A stretch of 64,000 nucleotides of DNA from an uncultured Bacillota bacterium (GTDB lineage Bacteria; Bacillota_I; Bacilli_A; RFN20; CAG-826): assembly GCA_937876465.1 (NCBI GenBank), contig CALEHV010000043.1, forward strand, positions 3,198-67,197, given 5' to 3'. This document shows, piece after piece, positions 47,308-56,399 of the stretch. The translations under genes were made by a program, and so were the position numbers. Below the pieces are notes generated by a model. That model worked only from the letters and a program-made list of their open reading frames with translations. It was not told the DNA's origin and did not search any database. How positions within the stretch are numbered: the stretch's first letter is position 1; the number at the start of each line of letters is the position of its first letter.

Positions 47308-47563
47308 AAGAATATGCTCGGCATTGATTATAAAACATGAATTTTGTATTGTGTTTCAAAGACATTTCGTTTTTGATTTGTTTTTCTATAAATTCGCTTT
47401 GGGCAGCATCTGACGCTAAATTTGGAGTTCTTATCTGCTTGAATGAAATATGGTTCGAATCATTGCTCCCATATAAAGAAATTGTTTTGCTAAAAAAGTC
47501 TCCACAATCATCGACATCAGATTGTTTGTTTCCAATCCAAATAAAACAATTATTGTTAAACAT
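47288..47563 (-). CDS. 91-aa protein upstream of, and overlapping, the ATP-grasp gene; possibly its detached pre-ATP-grasp N-domain
   Basis: 20-nt overlap with the ATP-grasp ORF. The ATP-grasp frame stays open about 16 codons upstream of its start. No recognised motif. Confidence 0.4.
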   Translation of the reverse strand: MFNNNCFIWIGNKQSDVDDCGDFFSKTISLYGSNDSNHISFKQIRTPNLASDAAQSEFIEKQIKNEMSLKHNTKFMFYNQCRAYSFDAEII

Positions 47564-47665
47564 AATTCCTAATTACTGTAAGAAAATATTAACAACTGCT
47601 TGTTTGGGTATAAAAAACCATTGTTTATAACAAACAAGGTCAAATGATGTATAATAATTTTAAAT

Positions 47666-48508
47666 ATGTGGAAAAAGAAAAATGCAATCAAATCTCTAAA
47701 TTGGTCTTTATCTATTTCTTCTTTTATTGGGGCACTTTTGTCTTTTATATTACTTCCAAGTAATTTTTGGTGGATTGGGCTAATTATATTCGTAGCAACA
47801 TTTATAATAGTGTTCTTCGCAATATATTTAGTTTTAAGATTCAAAAAACGCCACAGAATCTCTGGTAGAGGCTCGGTTTTTATTGAATCTAGGTATGGTA
47901 ATGTTTTAAACATTAAAAAGGACAAACGTGAAAAATTAAAACCGGTTGTTGTAATTCCTGTTAATTCTTCGTTTGACACTATAGTGGAAGATAGCCCAAG
48001 CATTGTAGACAGAATTGTTGAGGGGACTTCAATTCATGGACAATGGTTAAGACAATATGCTTCAACACCTGAATTATTAGAAAAACTTGATATGGATATT
48101 AGTCAATTTATTGCTAACAAACATTGGGTTCCTATTAAAGTGCTAGACAATAAAAGAGGTAAGAAAGATGTTTATCCTCTAGGAAGCTATGTATTCATTG
48201 AATCAAACGATTGTATCTTTTTGTTATTCGCGCTAACTGAATTTAACGAACATAATAAAGTTGTAAAAAAAGATGCCGAGGAATTTACTATCTTAATGAA
48301 AAAACTTATGGATATCACTGATGAATGTGCTGGTAAACACGTCTATATTCCTATAATGGGAACAAAAATTGCTCTTTTTGGAATTGATGATTTAGCTTCA
48401 TTTGAATATATAAAGAATGCAGCCTTAAATAAAAAATGTTCCTTGAGGGCATCTATATCTATCGTTATTTATGAAGCTTCTAGGGATAAAGTTTCTATTT
48501 ATGATTAA
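47666..48508 (+). CDS. thsA: Type II Thoeris ThsA-like effector (two N-terminal TM helices plus Macro-like domain)
   Basis: TM segments LSISSFIGALLSFILL and WIGLIIFVATFIIVFFAIYLVL. Macro-like VVVIPVNSSFDT...GTSIHGQW...VYIPIMGT. Confidence 0.55.
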   Translation: MWKKKNAIKSLNWSLSISSFIGALLSFILLPSNFWWIGLIIFVATFIIVFFAIYLVLRFKKRHRISGRGSVFIESRYGNVLNIKKDKREKLKPVVVIPVNSSFDTIVEDSPSIVDRIVEGTSIHGQWLRQYASTPELLEKLDMDISQFIANKHWVPIKVLDNKRGKKDVYPLGSYVFIESNDCIFLLFALTEFNEHNKVVKKDAEEFTILMKKLMDITDECAGKHVYIPIMGTKIALFGIDDLASFEYIKNAALNKKCSLRASISIVIYEASRDKVSIYD

Positions 48509-48519
48509 GGAGATAGAAA

Positions 48520-49146
48520 ATGAGCCATAGAGTATTTATAAGTTTTAAAAAAGAAGATCGTCGATATAAAGATGCGATTGTTAAAAGACTTGAAGAAAAA
48601 GAAATACAAGTTAATCATTTAGACGAAACAATTCAATCAGACAATATCGATTATGTAATGCAACAAATTCGAGATAAATGGCAAGGATCAACAACAGTTA
48701 CTGTATTTTTGATAGGCGAACACTCATCAGAAAACGAGGGTGTTGATATTTATGGAAGAAATCACCAAAGCTTTATTATTAGGGAATTAAGATCGGCTCT
48801 TTCGGATAGGGACGGAAATCCTCGCGATGGCATTTTGGGTGTTGTTTTGCCAGAAATGGAACAAAAAGTTTATGGTGGTTCATATAAATGCGAACATTGT
48901 CAACAAGTGATAAATGTTATTAATATAAATGATTCAACCGTAATTAGGGAGTTCTCCAAGAATTATTATTTAAAAGCAGATCAATGTGGACATTATTGCG
49001 AAGATGGACGGTTTTGTGTTTTGTGTCGATATAGTGAATTTATGAATGACCCAGAAAAATATATTGATAGGGCATATGATAAGATTAATGAACCAATTGC
49101 TAAGTGTGTAACTTATAAAGGAATTAATCATAAAGGAAACTATTAG
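48520..49146 (+). CDS. thsB: ThsB-like TIR-like (DUF1863-type) protein
   Basis: SD GGAGA. HRVFISFKKEDRRYKD, TVTVFLIGEHSS and FIIRELRSAL fit the TIR-like pattern. Lies 11 nt after the ThsA-like gene. Confidence 0.6.
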   Translation: MSHRVFISFKKEDRRYKDAIVKRLEEKEIQVNHLDETIQSDNIDYVMQQIRDKWQGSTTVTVFLIGEHSSENEGVDIYGRNHQSFIIRELRSALSDRDGNPRDGILGVVLPEMEQKVYGGSYKCEHCQQVINVININDSTVIREFSKNYYLKADQCGHYCEDGRFCVLCRYSEFMNDPEKYIDRAYDKINEPIAKCVTYKGINHKGNY

Positions 49147-49171
49147 TTCACTATTCAAATAGGAAATAATT

Positions 49172-50146
49172 ATGGCAAATTCAATAGAAAGAATGGGAGT
49201 TCATCATATAGGCGAAATTGCAGAAAATAGTGGATGGTTATTTCGTGAACAGCTAACAAATGATATCGGCATTGACGCTCACATTGAGTTTATTGATTCA
49301 TCTAATAAGCCAAAACAACTAATTGCCTTACAAATAAAATCTGGTAGTAGTTGGTTTAACGAGAAAACCAAAGATTATGTTGTTTTTCGCGATATCGACG
49401 AGAGACAATATTCATATTGGACAATGAATTCTTTGCCATGCATTATAGTTCTGTATAATCCTAATGATAATACTTGTATATGGCAGGAGTTATCAAATAA
49501 AACAATAGAAAAAACAAAAAATGGTAATGGGAAAGGTTATTTTGTTAAAATCCCACTTAACCAGATTTTTTTAGATTCTTCATCAAATGAAAAATTACTT
49601 TCATTAACCAATCTTCCTGAACATATCGTAAATTATAATTTCCTGTTATCTCAAAAGGTGTTTATGGAAGTGATTAACAATGGTGGGGTTGTAAAACTAC
49701 ATTCATGTGAATGGGTGAATAAATCTAGCGGCAGGGGCGAAACGGAACTAATAATAGATGATGGGAATGAAATAAAGAAATATTCCTATCCCTATTGGTT
49801 CCCTTTTACTCCATACGAAGACGTTTTTCCGCGTTTATTTCCTTGGGCTTCTTTTTCTCCCGACGAGGAATTTTATCAAGATAGTGATGAAACACTGTGG
49901 AAAGATTTAAATTGTTGGTATGACAAAGAAGAAGATGATTGGATTGTTGTGGGAGAATCTTTTGAAGAATTTCGCAAAAGTCTTAATCCAATAAGGAGCG
50001 TTGACCATGCTGGTGAAGTTGCTGAATATATGTTGATTCTTGCATTAAACGATTTAGGAAAATCATTTTTAAAAGTTGATGAATTCTTATCTAATGACCA
50101 ACCATATAATTCTACTAGGCCAAAAGAAGAGGATGATTATAAATGA
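49172..50146 (+). CDS. DUF4365 (PD-(D/E)xK-like) domain protein with unknown C-terminal domain
   Basis: ERMGVHHIGEIAENSGWLFREQLTNDIGIDAHIEF...LIALQIKSGSSWF...YWTMNSLPCIIVLYN matches the DUF4365 pattern. Confidence 0.6.
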   Translation: MANSIERMGVHHIGEIAENSGWLFREQLTNDIGIDAHIEFIDSSNKPKQLIALQIKSGSSWFNEKTKDYVVFRDIDERQYSYWTMNSLPCIIVLYNPNDNTCIWQELSNKTIEKTKNGNGKGYFVKIPLNQIFLDSSSNEKLLSLTNLPEHIVNYNFLLSQKVFMEVINNGGVVKLHSCEWVNKSSGRGETELIIDDGNEIKKYSYPYWFPFTPYEDVFPRLFPWASFSPDEEFYQDSDETLWKDLNCWYDKEEDDWIVVGESFEEFRKSLNPIRSVDHAGEVAEYMLILALNDLGKSFLKVDEFLSNDQPYNSTRPKEEDDYK

Positions 50147-50541
50147 ATATTAAGTTATCTGAGTATAAAAATCCAAATACAATTTCGGATGAATGCGAAC
50201 TAGATCCAGCACAAGAATATGTGCTAATCGATTTTGAATCAGAATTAAAAATACAATCCGCCATTCTGATGTCTTTTCAGATAATGGATGCTCCTTCGGC
50301 TCTCAAAAATTATCATGCATGGTTATACAAAAATGGATTTGATATTAATTCGCCAAATCCAACCAATGCATTTGTATCTTCTTTTTATGGAAATATGTCA
50401 TTGTGGAAGACGAATTATTCACAGGGAATAGTCGTAAAAGTTGATGGAGATGATGATTATTTCATTGTTATGGAATGTAGTTCAAAGAATAAAGGCTATA
50501 AACATTCGAGAGTCGTTTTGACATTAGGCGGATGTTTGTAA
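50143..50541 (+). CDS. 132-aa protein of unknown function (full-length parent of the 37632-37932 repeat)
   Basis: ATGA overlap with the DUF4365 gene. No recognisable motif. Confidence 0.6.
   Translation: MNIKLSEYKNPNTISDECELDPAQEYVLIDFESELKIQSAILMSFQIMDAPSALKNYHAWLYKNGFDINSPNPTNAFVSSFYGNMSLWKTNYSQGIVVKVDGDDDYFIVMECSSKNKGYKHSRVVLTLGGCL
50241..50541 (+). repeat. Direct repeat copy 2
   Basis: Matches 37632-37932. The 3' 200 nt are identical. Confidence 0.9.
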
Positions 50542-50715
50542 CATATCTTATGCAAAAAAGGAAGTAATTACTGAAATAATAATTTTCATGTATTTCTTAA
50601 ATATCATTTATAAAGAAATTCCCACGTCATAATTTCTTTGACACTTATTGGAATTTTACATTTTTATAATTGATAGGAAAATTCAATTATGATAATTTAT
50701 TGATAGGAGAAATAT

Positions 50716-50808
50716 ATGGAAACAATTTCAACTGGTTTAGAATTTAATGGTATAGACAACATTATTTGTGGTGTCAATATTCTTTGCAACACAAAATGCG
50801 GTCAATAA
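50716..50808 (+). CDS. 30-aa Cys-rich RiPP precursor peptide candidate
   Basis: SD AGGAG 5-6 nt upstream. METISTGLEFNGIDNIICGVNILCNTKCGQ. The stop overlaps the start of the radical SAM gene. Confidence 0.6.
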   Translation: METISTGLEFNGIDNIICGVNILCNTKCGQ

Positions 50809-52043
50809 AACTATCAAGGTATACCATTTTTTATCATACAAAGAATGGGCATACATATTTTTATAATACTCTTTTTAATTCATTATCTAGATTAAACCCA
50901 GAATATTCTTCCAAAATTACCAACATCGATTCGATTGATTTATGGCCCAACGACATCAAGGACTATCTTTTAAAGTTACATTTTTTGTATTACGAAGACG
51001 ACATAATCGAAAGCAATGTCATTAAAGACAAAGAATTTATGTTTTTTTCTGATGAAACAGACTTTGCTGTAATAAATTTTGTTACTAGTCTCGGTTGTAA
51101 TCTCAATTGCCCATATTGTTATGAGAATCACAGTTTATTGAATTATATAACAAAAGAAAGATATGATGATGTCATCGAACATCTTGCGAATAAAAAATAT
51201 AGAGGATATCATTTTTCATGGTTTGGAGGTGAACCACTGTTAAGAATTAATGATATTTGTTACTTTTTATCTAACTTAATATCAAAAAATGCGAAAAGTC
51301 CAATACCATTTACTTGCGACTTGACGACAAATGCCACCTTGTTAACTCTAGAAACCATCAAATTGCTTGTGAATCTTGGCATAGACACCTATCAAATAAC
51401 TTTGGATGGCATAGATGAAAACTCTCACAATAAGACTAGAAAATTTAAAAATGGCACAGGGTCCTTTGATTTAATCATGTCGAATTTGAGAAAAATCAAG
51501 AGCGCGGATATCAAATGCAAAATTGTTATTAGATTTAATGTCGCTAATGTAAGACAGTGTAAACCCTTTATTGATTTTTTTAAAAGTGAATTTGGGAACG
51601 ACAATAGATTCTCTTGCTTACTATTTCCAATTAGTAAATGGAGTGCTGTTAATTCGTTTGACAATTATTGTGACTCAGATGTTTTTGATTTAAATAAAAT
51701 CGTCATAAAAGAGAAGGCTAATTCGGAATACTTAAACATTTTGATTAATTCAAACCTATTTTGTGAATATGGCTTCTCTGATAAAATAGTGATAAATCCA
51801 AATAACACTATTGGAAATTGCACTTTACAGTTTGAAAATGTTTATGGGAAATCTGATTCTGAACATCTAAATGAAATTAAAAATTTGAGGAAAAAATATA
51901 ATAATGTTAATTGTTATCTTTATCCAAAATGTTTTGGGTTCAGATGCAAAAATATGAATGTTAATGATAATGAATGTCGAGAATTAAGATATAAATTCCA
52001 AGATTTTTTGTATGAATATTTCGAAGAACATAGTAAAAAGTAG
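50796..52043 (+). CDS. Radical SAM / SPASM-type peptide maturase
   Basis: CNLNCPYC (CxxxCxxC) about 95 aa from the N-terminus, which leaves room for an RRE-like domain. GGEPLL motif. C-terminal Cys cluster FCEYG...GNCT...NCYLYPKCFGFRC. Confidence 0.8.
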   Translation: MRSIKLSRYTIFYHTKNGHTYFYNTLFNSLSRLNPEYSSKITNIDSIDLWPNDIKDYLLKLHFLYYEDDIIESNVIKDKEFMFFSDETDFAVINFVTSLGCNLNCPYCYENHSLLNYITKERYDDVIEHLANKKYRGYHFSWFGGEPLLRINDICYFLSNLISKNAKSPIPFTCDLTTNATLLTLETIKLLVNLGIDTYQITLDGIDENSHNKTRKFKNGTGSFDLIMSNLRKIKSADIKCKIVIRFNVANVRQCKPFIDFFKSEFGNDNRFSCLLFPISKWSAVNSFDNYCDSDVFDLNKIVIKEKANSEYLNILINSNLFCEYGFSDKIVINPNNTIGNCTLQFENVYGKSDSEHLNEIKNLRKKYNNVNCYLYPKCFGFRCKNMNVNDNECRELRYKFQDFLYEYFEEHSKK

Positions 52044-53679
52044 TTTCTTTTGCAATAAATTTTTGCTTACAATAGTTTTGCTACTGTCGATTATTGAATC
52101 TTTTTGTGTTGTTTTTTTCTCGTTTGTTATTGAAAAGATAATTAATATGGGGATAGCTGGCGAAAGCATAATTAATCTCCTTTTATTTGCAATTATTTCC
52201 GTTGTATTATTTGTTACATTTTTCTTTTTATTTAATTTCACTTTTAATATTTATGCCGAAAGTGCTTCAAAGAGACTCAGGTTTAATTTATTTAACTTAT
52301 ATTTTTCAAGCAGACCATCGGTTTTTACTACGCGCGATAATGAGTATTATGTTTCTAAAATCGTTAATGACGCACGCATTATATCCAATAATTATTATTG
52401 TAATCTAATTTTATTTATTCGCAGCTTATCGAAAATAATATTAGGTTTAGCTTATGCATTCTATGTTCATTATGCAATAGCAATCTTGTTTATTGTGTTT
52501 TCGCTTACATTGTTTATTGTTGTCTTGTTATTTCCAAAAAAGTTGAGTAAAAAGAGAAACGAACAAGTTAATGCATCTGAAAAATATATAGGAGCATTAA
52601 CAAAAGCATTTAGCGTGCATAATTCCGCTTATTATTTTGATTCTAATAATTTTGTAAAAAACAAGACTGACGAATTAAATAATTATTTAAGAGAAAAGGA
52701 AACAAAAATATCTATTTTTAGTACCTTTATTAATTCTACTGCAACTTTTATAACCATTTTTGTCCAAATGACTTCTATCATTTTTTCAATTATGCTTTAT
52801 AGCAAGGGAATTATTGAGTTAGGTGCTCTAACATCTGTTTTAGTTCTCTCATCTTATATTCTTAATCCTGCCTCTGAACTTTCGATAATTATTACTTCGA
52901 TTTTTGGGTGTAAGAAAATCATTCAAAGTATCAAACTAGATACATATAAGTATGGAGTTGAGGCTGTTGAGAATCCAAAATTATTAAAAAACATCCAAGA
53001 AATTTGTGTTAATAATGCAACTTTTTTGTTCGAAAATGGCAGTGGTTTTAATAAATTAAATATAACAATTCAAAAGAATAAAAAAGTTTTAATTCTTGGC
53101 AATAGCGGTTCAGGAAAAACTACATTTTTGAAATTGTTAGCAGGAATTTACGAATGTGATAATAATTGTAAAATTATTTTTCAAAATGGAGAAAGCGAAG
53201 TTATTTCATCTTCGAATTTGATTTCTTATTGCGAGCAAAATCCAGCAATTTTTGACGCAAGTGTTGAAGCGAACATCACTTTTTCTAGTGAGATTGATAA
53301 TGAGAGACTCAAAAAGTCTATGATTAAGAGTCGCTTATGTTTTGAAGAAGACAACTATTTAGATTGTTTAAAGAAATTAAATGATAGTAATTTGTTGTCT
53401 GGTGGTGAAATAAAGAGAATTGGATTGGCAAGGATGTTTTATAAAGATAGTGAAATCATGATTTTTGATGAGCCAGCAACCTCGTTGGACAAAAACAACG
53501 AAAAAATTGTTTACGAAAACATTCTTGATTTAAAAAATAAAATTATAGTATGCGTTGCTCACAAGCCCCCAATTTCCATTGCCTCAAAGTTCGATAAAGT
53601 ATACCGCCTCGATGATTTTAAACTTACTGAAATTGATAATTTGGATGATGTTTCCGATCTTATTGAAAATGACAATTGA
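52012..53679 (+). CDS. ABC exporter (fused TMD-NBD), no C39 peptidase domain
   Basis: Six-helix N-terminal half. Walker A GNSGSGKTT, signature LSGGEIKRI, Walker B IMIFDEPATSLD. Confidence 0.8.
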   Translation: MNISKNIVKSSFFCNKFLLTIVLLLSIIESFCVVFFSFVIEKIINMGIAGESIINLLLFAIISVVLFVTFFFLFNFTFNIYAESASKRLRFNLFNLYFSSRPSVFTTRDNEYYVSKIVNDARIISNNYYCNLILFIRSLSKIILGLAYAFYVHYAIAILFIVFSLTLFIVVLLFPKKLSKKRNEQVNASEKYIGALTKAFSVHNSAYYFDSNNFVKNKTDELNNYLREKETKISIFSTFINSTATFITIFVQMTSIIFSIMLYSKGIIELGALTSVLVLSSYILNPASELSIIITSIFGCKKIIQSIKLDTYKYGVEAVENPKLLKNIQEICVNNATFLFENGSGFNKLNITIQKNKKVLILGNSGSGKTTFLKLLAGIYECDNNCKIIFQNGESEVISSSNLISYCEQNPAIFDASVEANITFSSEIDNERLKKSMIKSRLCFEEDNYLDCLKKLNDSNLLSGGEIKRIGLARMFYKDSEIMIFDEPATSLDKNNEKIVYENILDLKNKIIVCVAHKPPISIASKFDKVYRLDDFKLTEIDNLDDVSDLIENDN

Positions 53680-53923
53680 TGTTTGTATAAATAGATGTTT
53701 GAAAAGAAATAAATTTCATTATCATAATCTTTATTGAAAATATAACTTAAATTAACCAAATACTTTATGTTTGAAGAAATGGCAATTAGAAAATGCGTCC
53801 CAACATGAAAAGGAAGTTGTAAATTCTAGAACCATGATTAGGCTTAATCCTTGTAAAAATGCAAATAAAATTAAATATGCTAAGTCTGCCTAAGACACTT
53901 TTGCTATAATTGTTAAGATAGGA

Positions 53924-55991
53924 ATGATTATGATATATACAAAATTAACAATTTTTCGTTAAAATCTTTTAAAAATTATACCACACCAAACAATATGTTG
54001 TTTAAAAAGAACAGTGTGTTCTTTGGTTATAACGGCAAAGGAAAAACATCTTTGGCCAAAGGGATCGAGAAAGAAATTAGAGATATACAGGGGATTAATG
54101 ACAATGAGTTTAGAATATTTTCAAAAGATTATTTAAAACTAAAACTTGTCAACGATGAAAGAAGAATTAAAGGGGTCAAGGCTGTTTTTGGAAATAAAAA
54201 TGTAAAAAACGATGAGGAAATTGAAAAACTAAAAGAAAAAATACAGGATACAACGGTTTTGTCTAATGAAATTGTTTCAAACCTAAAATCGATTGATTCT
54301 TTGATTAAAACTATCGAAGATGGGATAAGAGGATCAAAAAAGATTCGTCATGTTTCTGTCACTAATCATGAGGAGTTGGCGAATTTTAAAGCTACTTTTC
54401 AAAATATGAAGGCAATGGCATTGAAAATTACAACCGTAGATAAACTTGAAACCATCAATGTAGAATTTGATTTTGAAAGAGCTAAATCAGATTTAGAATC
54501 ATTACCAACTATTGATTTATTAAATCTAACAGACGATTTAAATACAGCATCAAAAATAGCTAATAGCCCATATAAGATGGAGGATATTCCGGCCACGAAA
54601 GTGCTTGACTGGATTGAACAAGGAATATTACTGAATAAAGAGAGAAAAAAATGTTTGTTTTGTGGATCTGAGTTAACTAATTATGACAAAATTGTAGAGA
54701 ATTTTAAAGAATTCGTTAATTCTACTAAGCAAAAAGACGAAAGATTGTTAATTAATTTTTTTGAAGTCCTAAAAAGCGAGATACTCAAAATTGAAAATTT
54801 TATCAGCCACGAACAAATATTCGAAAACTGTGGCATTAATATCTCTTCACAAATCAAAGCACTTGCTGAATATAAAGATAGGCTTTGTTATTTCAAGGAA
54901 AGAATTAATGATAAACTATCAAACTTTGAGTCTTTAATTTCTATTGAATTTGGTGATATTGAAATTAAACGAACCATTGCATCTGGCGCTTTGTTCAAAT
55001 TAAACATATAGTTTCTGATTCCATAACGAGATTGACTAAGGAAGAAAGTAAACTTAATGACTTGTTAAAAGGATCTATTGCATTAAAGATTTTGAGCAAT
55101 AAAAAAATTAATGAACTAGCCAAGGAAACAAATGAAATGATAGTCAAACTAAAAGCTATCGAGGAGTCAAATTTGCTACTTAATAGTCAAATAAGAAATT
55201 TAAAAAATAAAGTTAAAGTTACTAGTGATTTTGCAATTTTTATCAATGGTATTTTGCTCGATTTAGATTTTAAGTTTAAATTAGATATTATTGAAGAAGA
55301 TTATCGCATTGTTCCGTTAAAAAGCGATACTGAAATCGATATCGATGAAATTAGTGAAGGTGAAAGGAATCTTTTGTCGCTACTTTTCTTTTATTTTGAG
55401 TTGTTCGACGATGATAAACAAACTCATTTTAAAGAAGATATACAGTATGTTATTGTGGATGATCCTCTCTCCAGTTTAGATGATAATAATCGCGCTTATT
55501 TAATTTCTATTTTGCAATTATTATTCAAGCAGAATAATGTTCAAGTTTTTGTTTTTACACATGATTGGGATGCCTATTGCCAACTTTTGTATAATGCAGA
55601 CAAAGATAATTTTGGTAGTTTTGAAATAAAAAAAGATAATAACGGTGTTTCGAGTGTAGAAATAGGAAAACCGACAATCACACCCTACGAACATGATTTC
55701 TTTGAATTATTAGATATGTCCAGTAAAACTGCTGATTCATTGGATGATGGTGATATTTATCATTTACCAAATTGCATGAGAAGAGTGTTGGAGTCTTTTT
55801 TGAAATTTAAAGTACCGAATAGTTCCCCAACAAATAAAAACGTTGCTAATGTTAGGAAAGGTCTCTTCAACAAAGATACTTTAGAAGCCAAAGAACAAAC
55901 CAAATTAATGCCATTACTTTTAGTTATTAATTCTCAATCACATGAAGCGGCAAGAAATGGCGAAGAAGTATATAAAGCTTTAAAATTTTAA
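53924..55991 (+). pseudogene. Decayed second AAA_13 / RloC-PrrC-like ATPase (N-terminal frameshift and a mid-gene interruption)
   Basis: MIMIYTKLTIFR* shifts into NFSLKSFKNY...FFGYNGKGKTSL. Also CLFCGS, a break at 55011-55032, ISEGERNLL, VIVDDPLSSLD, FTHDWD, CMRRVLESF and NSQSHEA. Confidence 0.65.
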
Positions 55992-56350
55992 TTTTCTAAA
56001 TTAAAGCAGTTGATGAGGCGCATTTTAATATGCTCAAGAACAAAAAATCTCTGTACGACCAAATTAATGGAACAAATTACTCCATTCACAACTAAACGTA
56101 TAGTATATTTCTTATAGTAGCAATCCCTTTTTAAGCGCGTAAGAATGTTTGTTTATTTGATTACCAACAAACATAATTCATGAGTAATTAGATATTTAAA
56201 CTGGTTGCGTGATTTAAACCCTCGTGTCCGTCTAGTTTTTTTCTAAAGCATATGAGTTGCTCTAAGAAAAGTCAAAAAAATTGGGTCAAATAAGATAAAG
56301 GTAAGAAGTTTACATTTCTATTATCTTATTCTTATATATTAGTATATAAG

Positions 56351-56386
56351 ACAAAAAGAAAAGATACATACAATTTGTACGTGTCT
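56351..56386 (-). terminator. Rho-independent terminator downstream of tRNA-Ser
   Basis: Minus strand: AGACACGTAC aaatt GTATGTATCT (one mismatch) followed by TTTTCTTTTT. Confidence 0.55.
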
Positions 56387-56399
56387 GAACAATCAAGGA

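Noticed and set aside
47569-48003. A 144-aa minus-strand ORF overlapping the ThsA-like gene, and a 97-aa plus-strand ORF at 47337-47630 overlapping the ATP-grasp N-terminal ORF.
   Set aside because: They are antisense to ORFs with better domain or TM support. They have no SD and no recognisable motifs.
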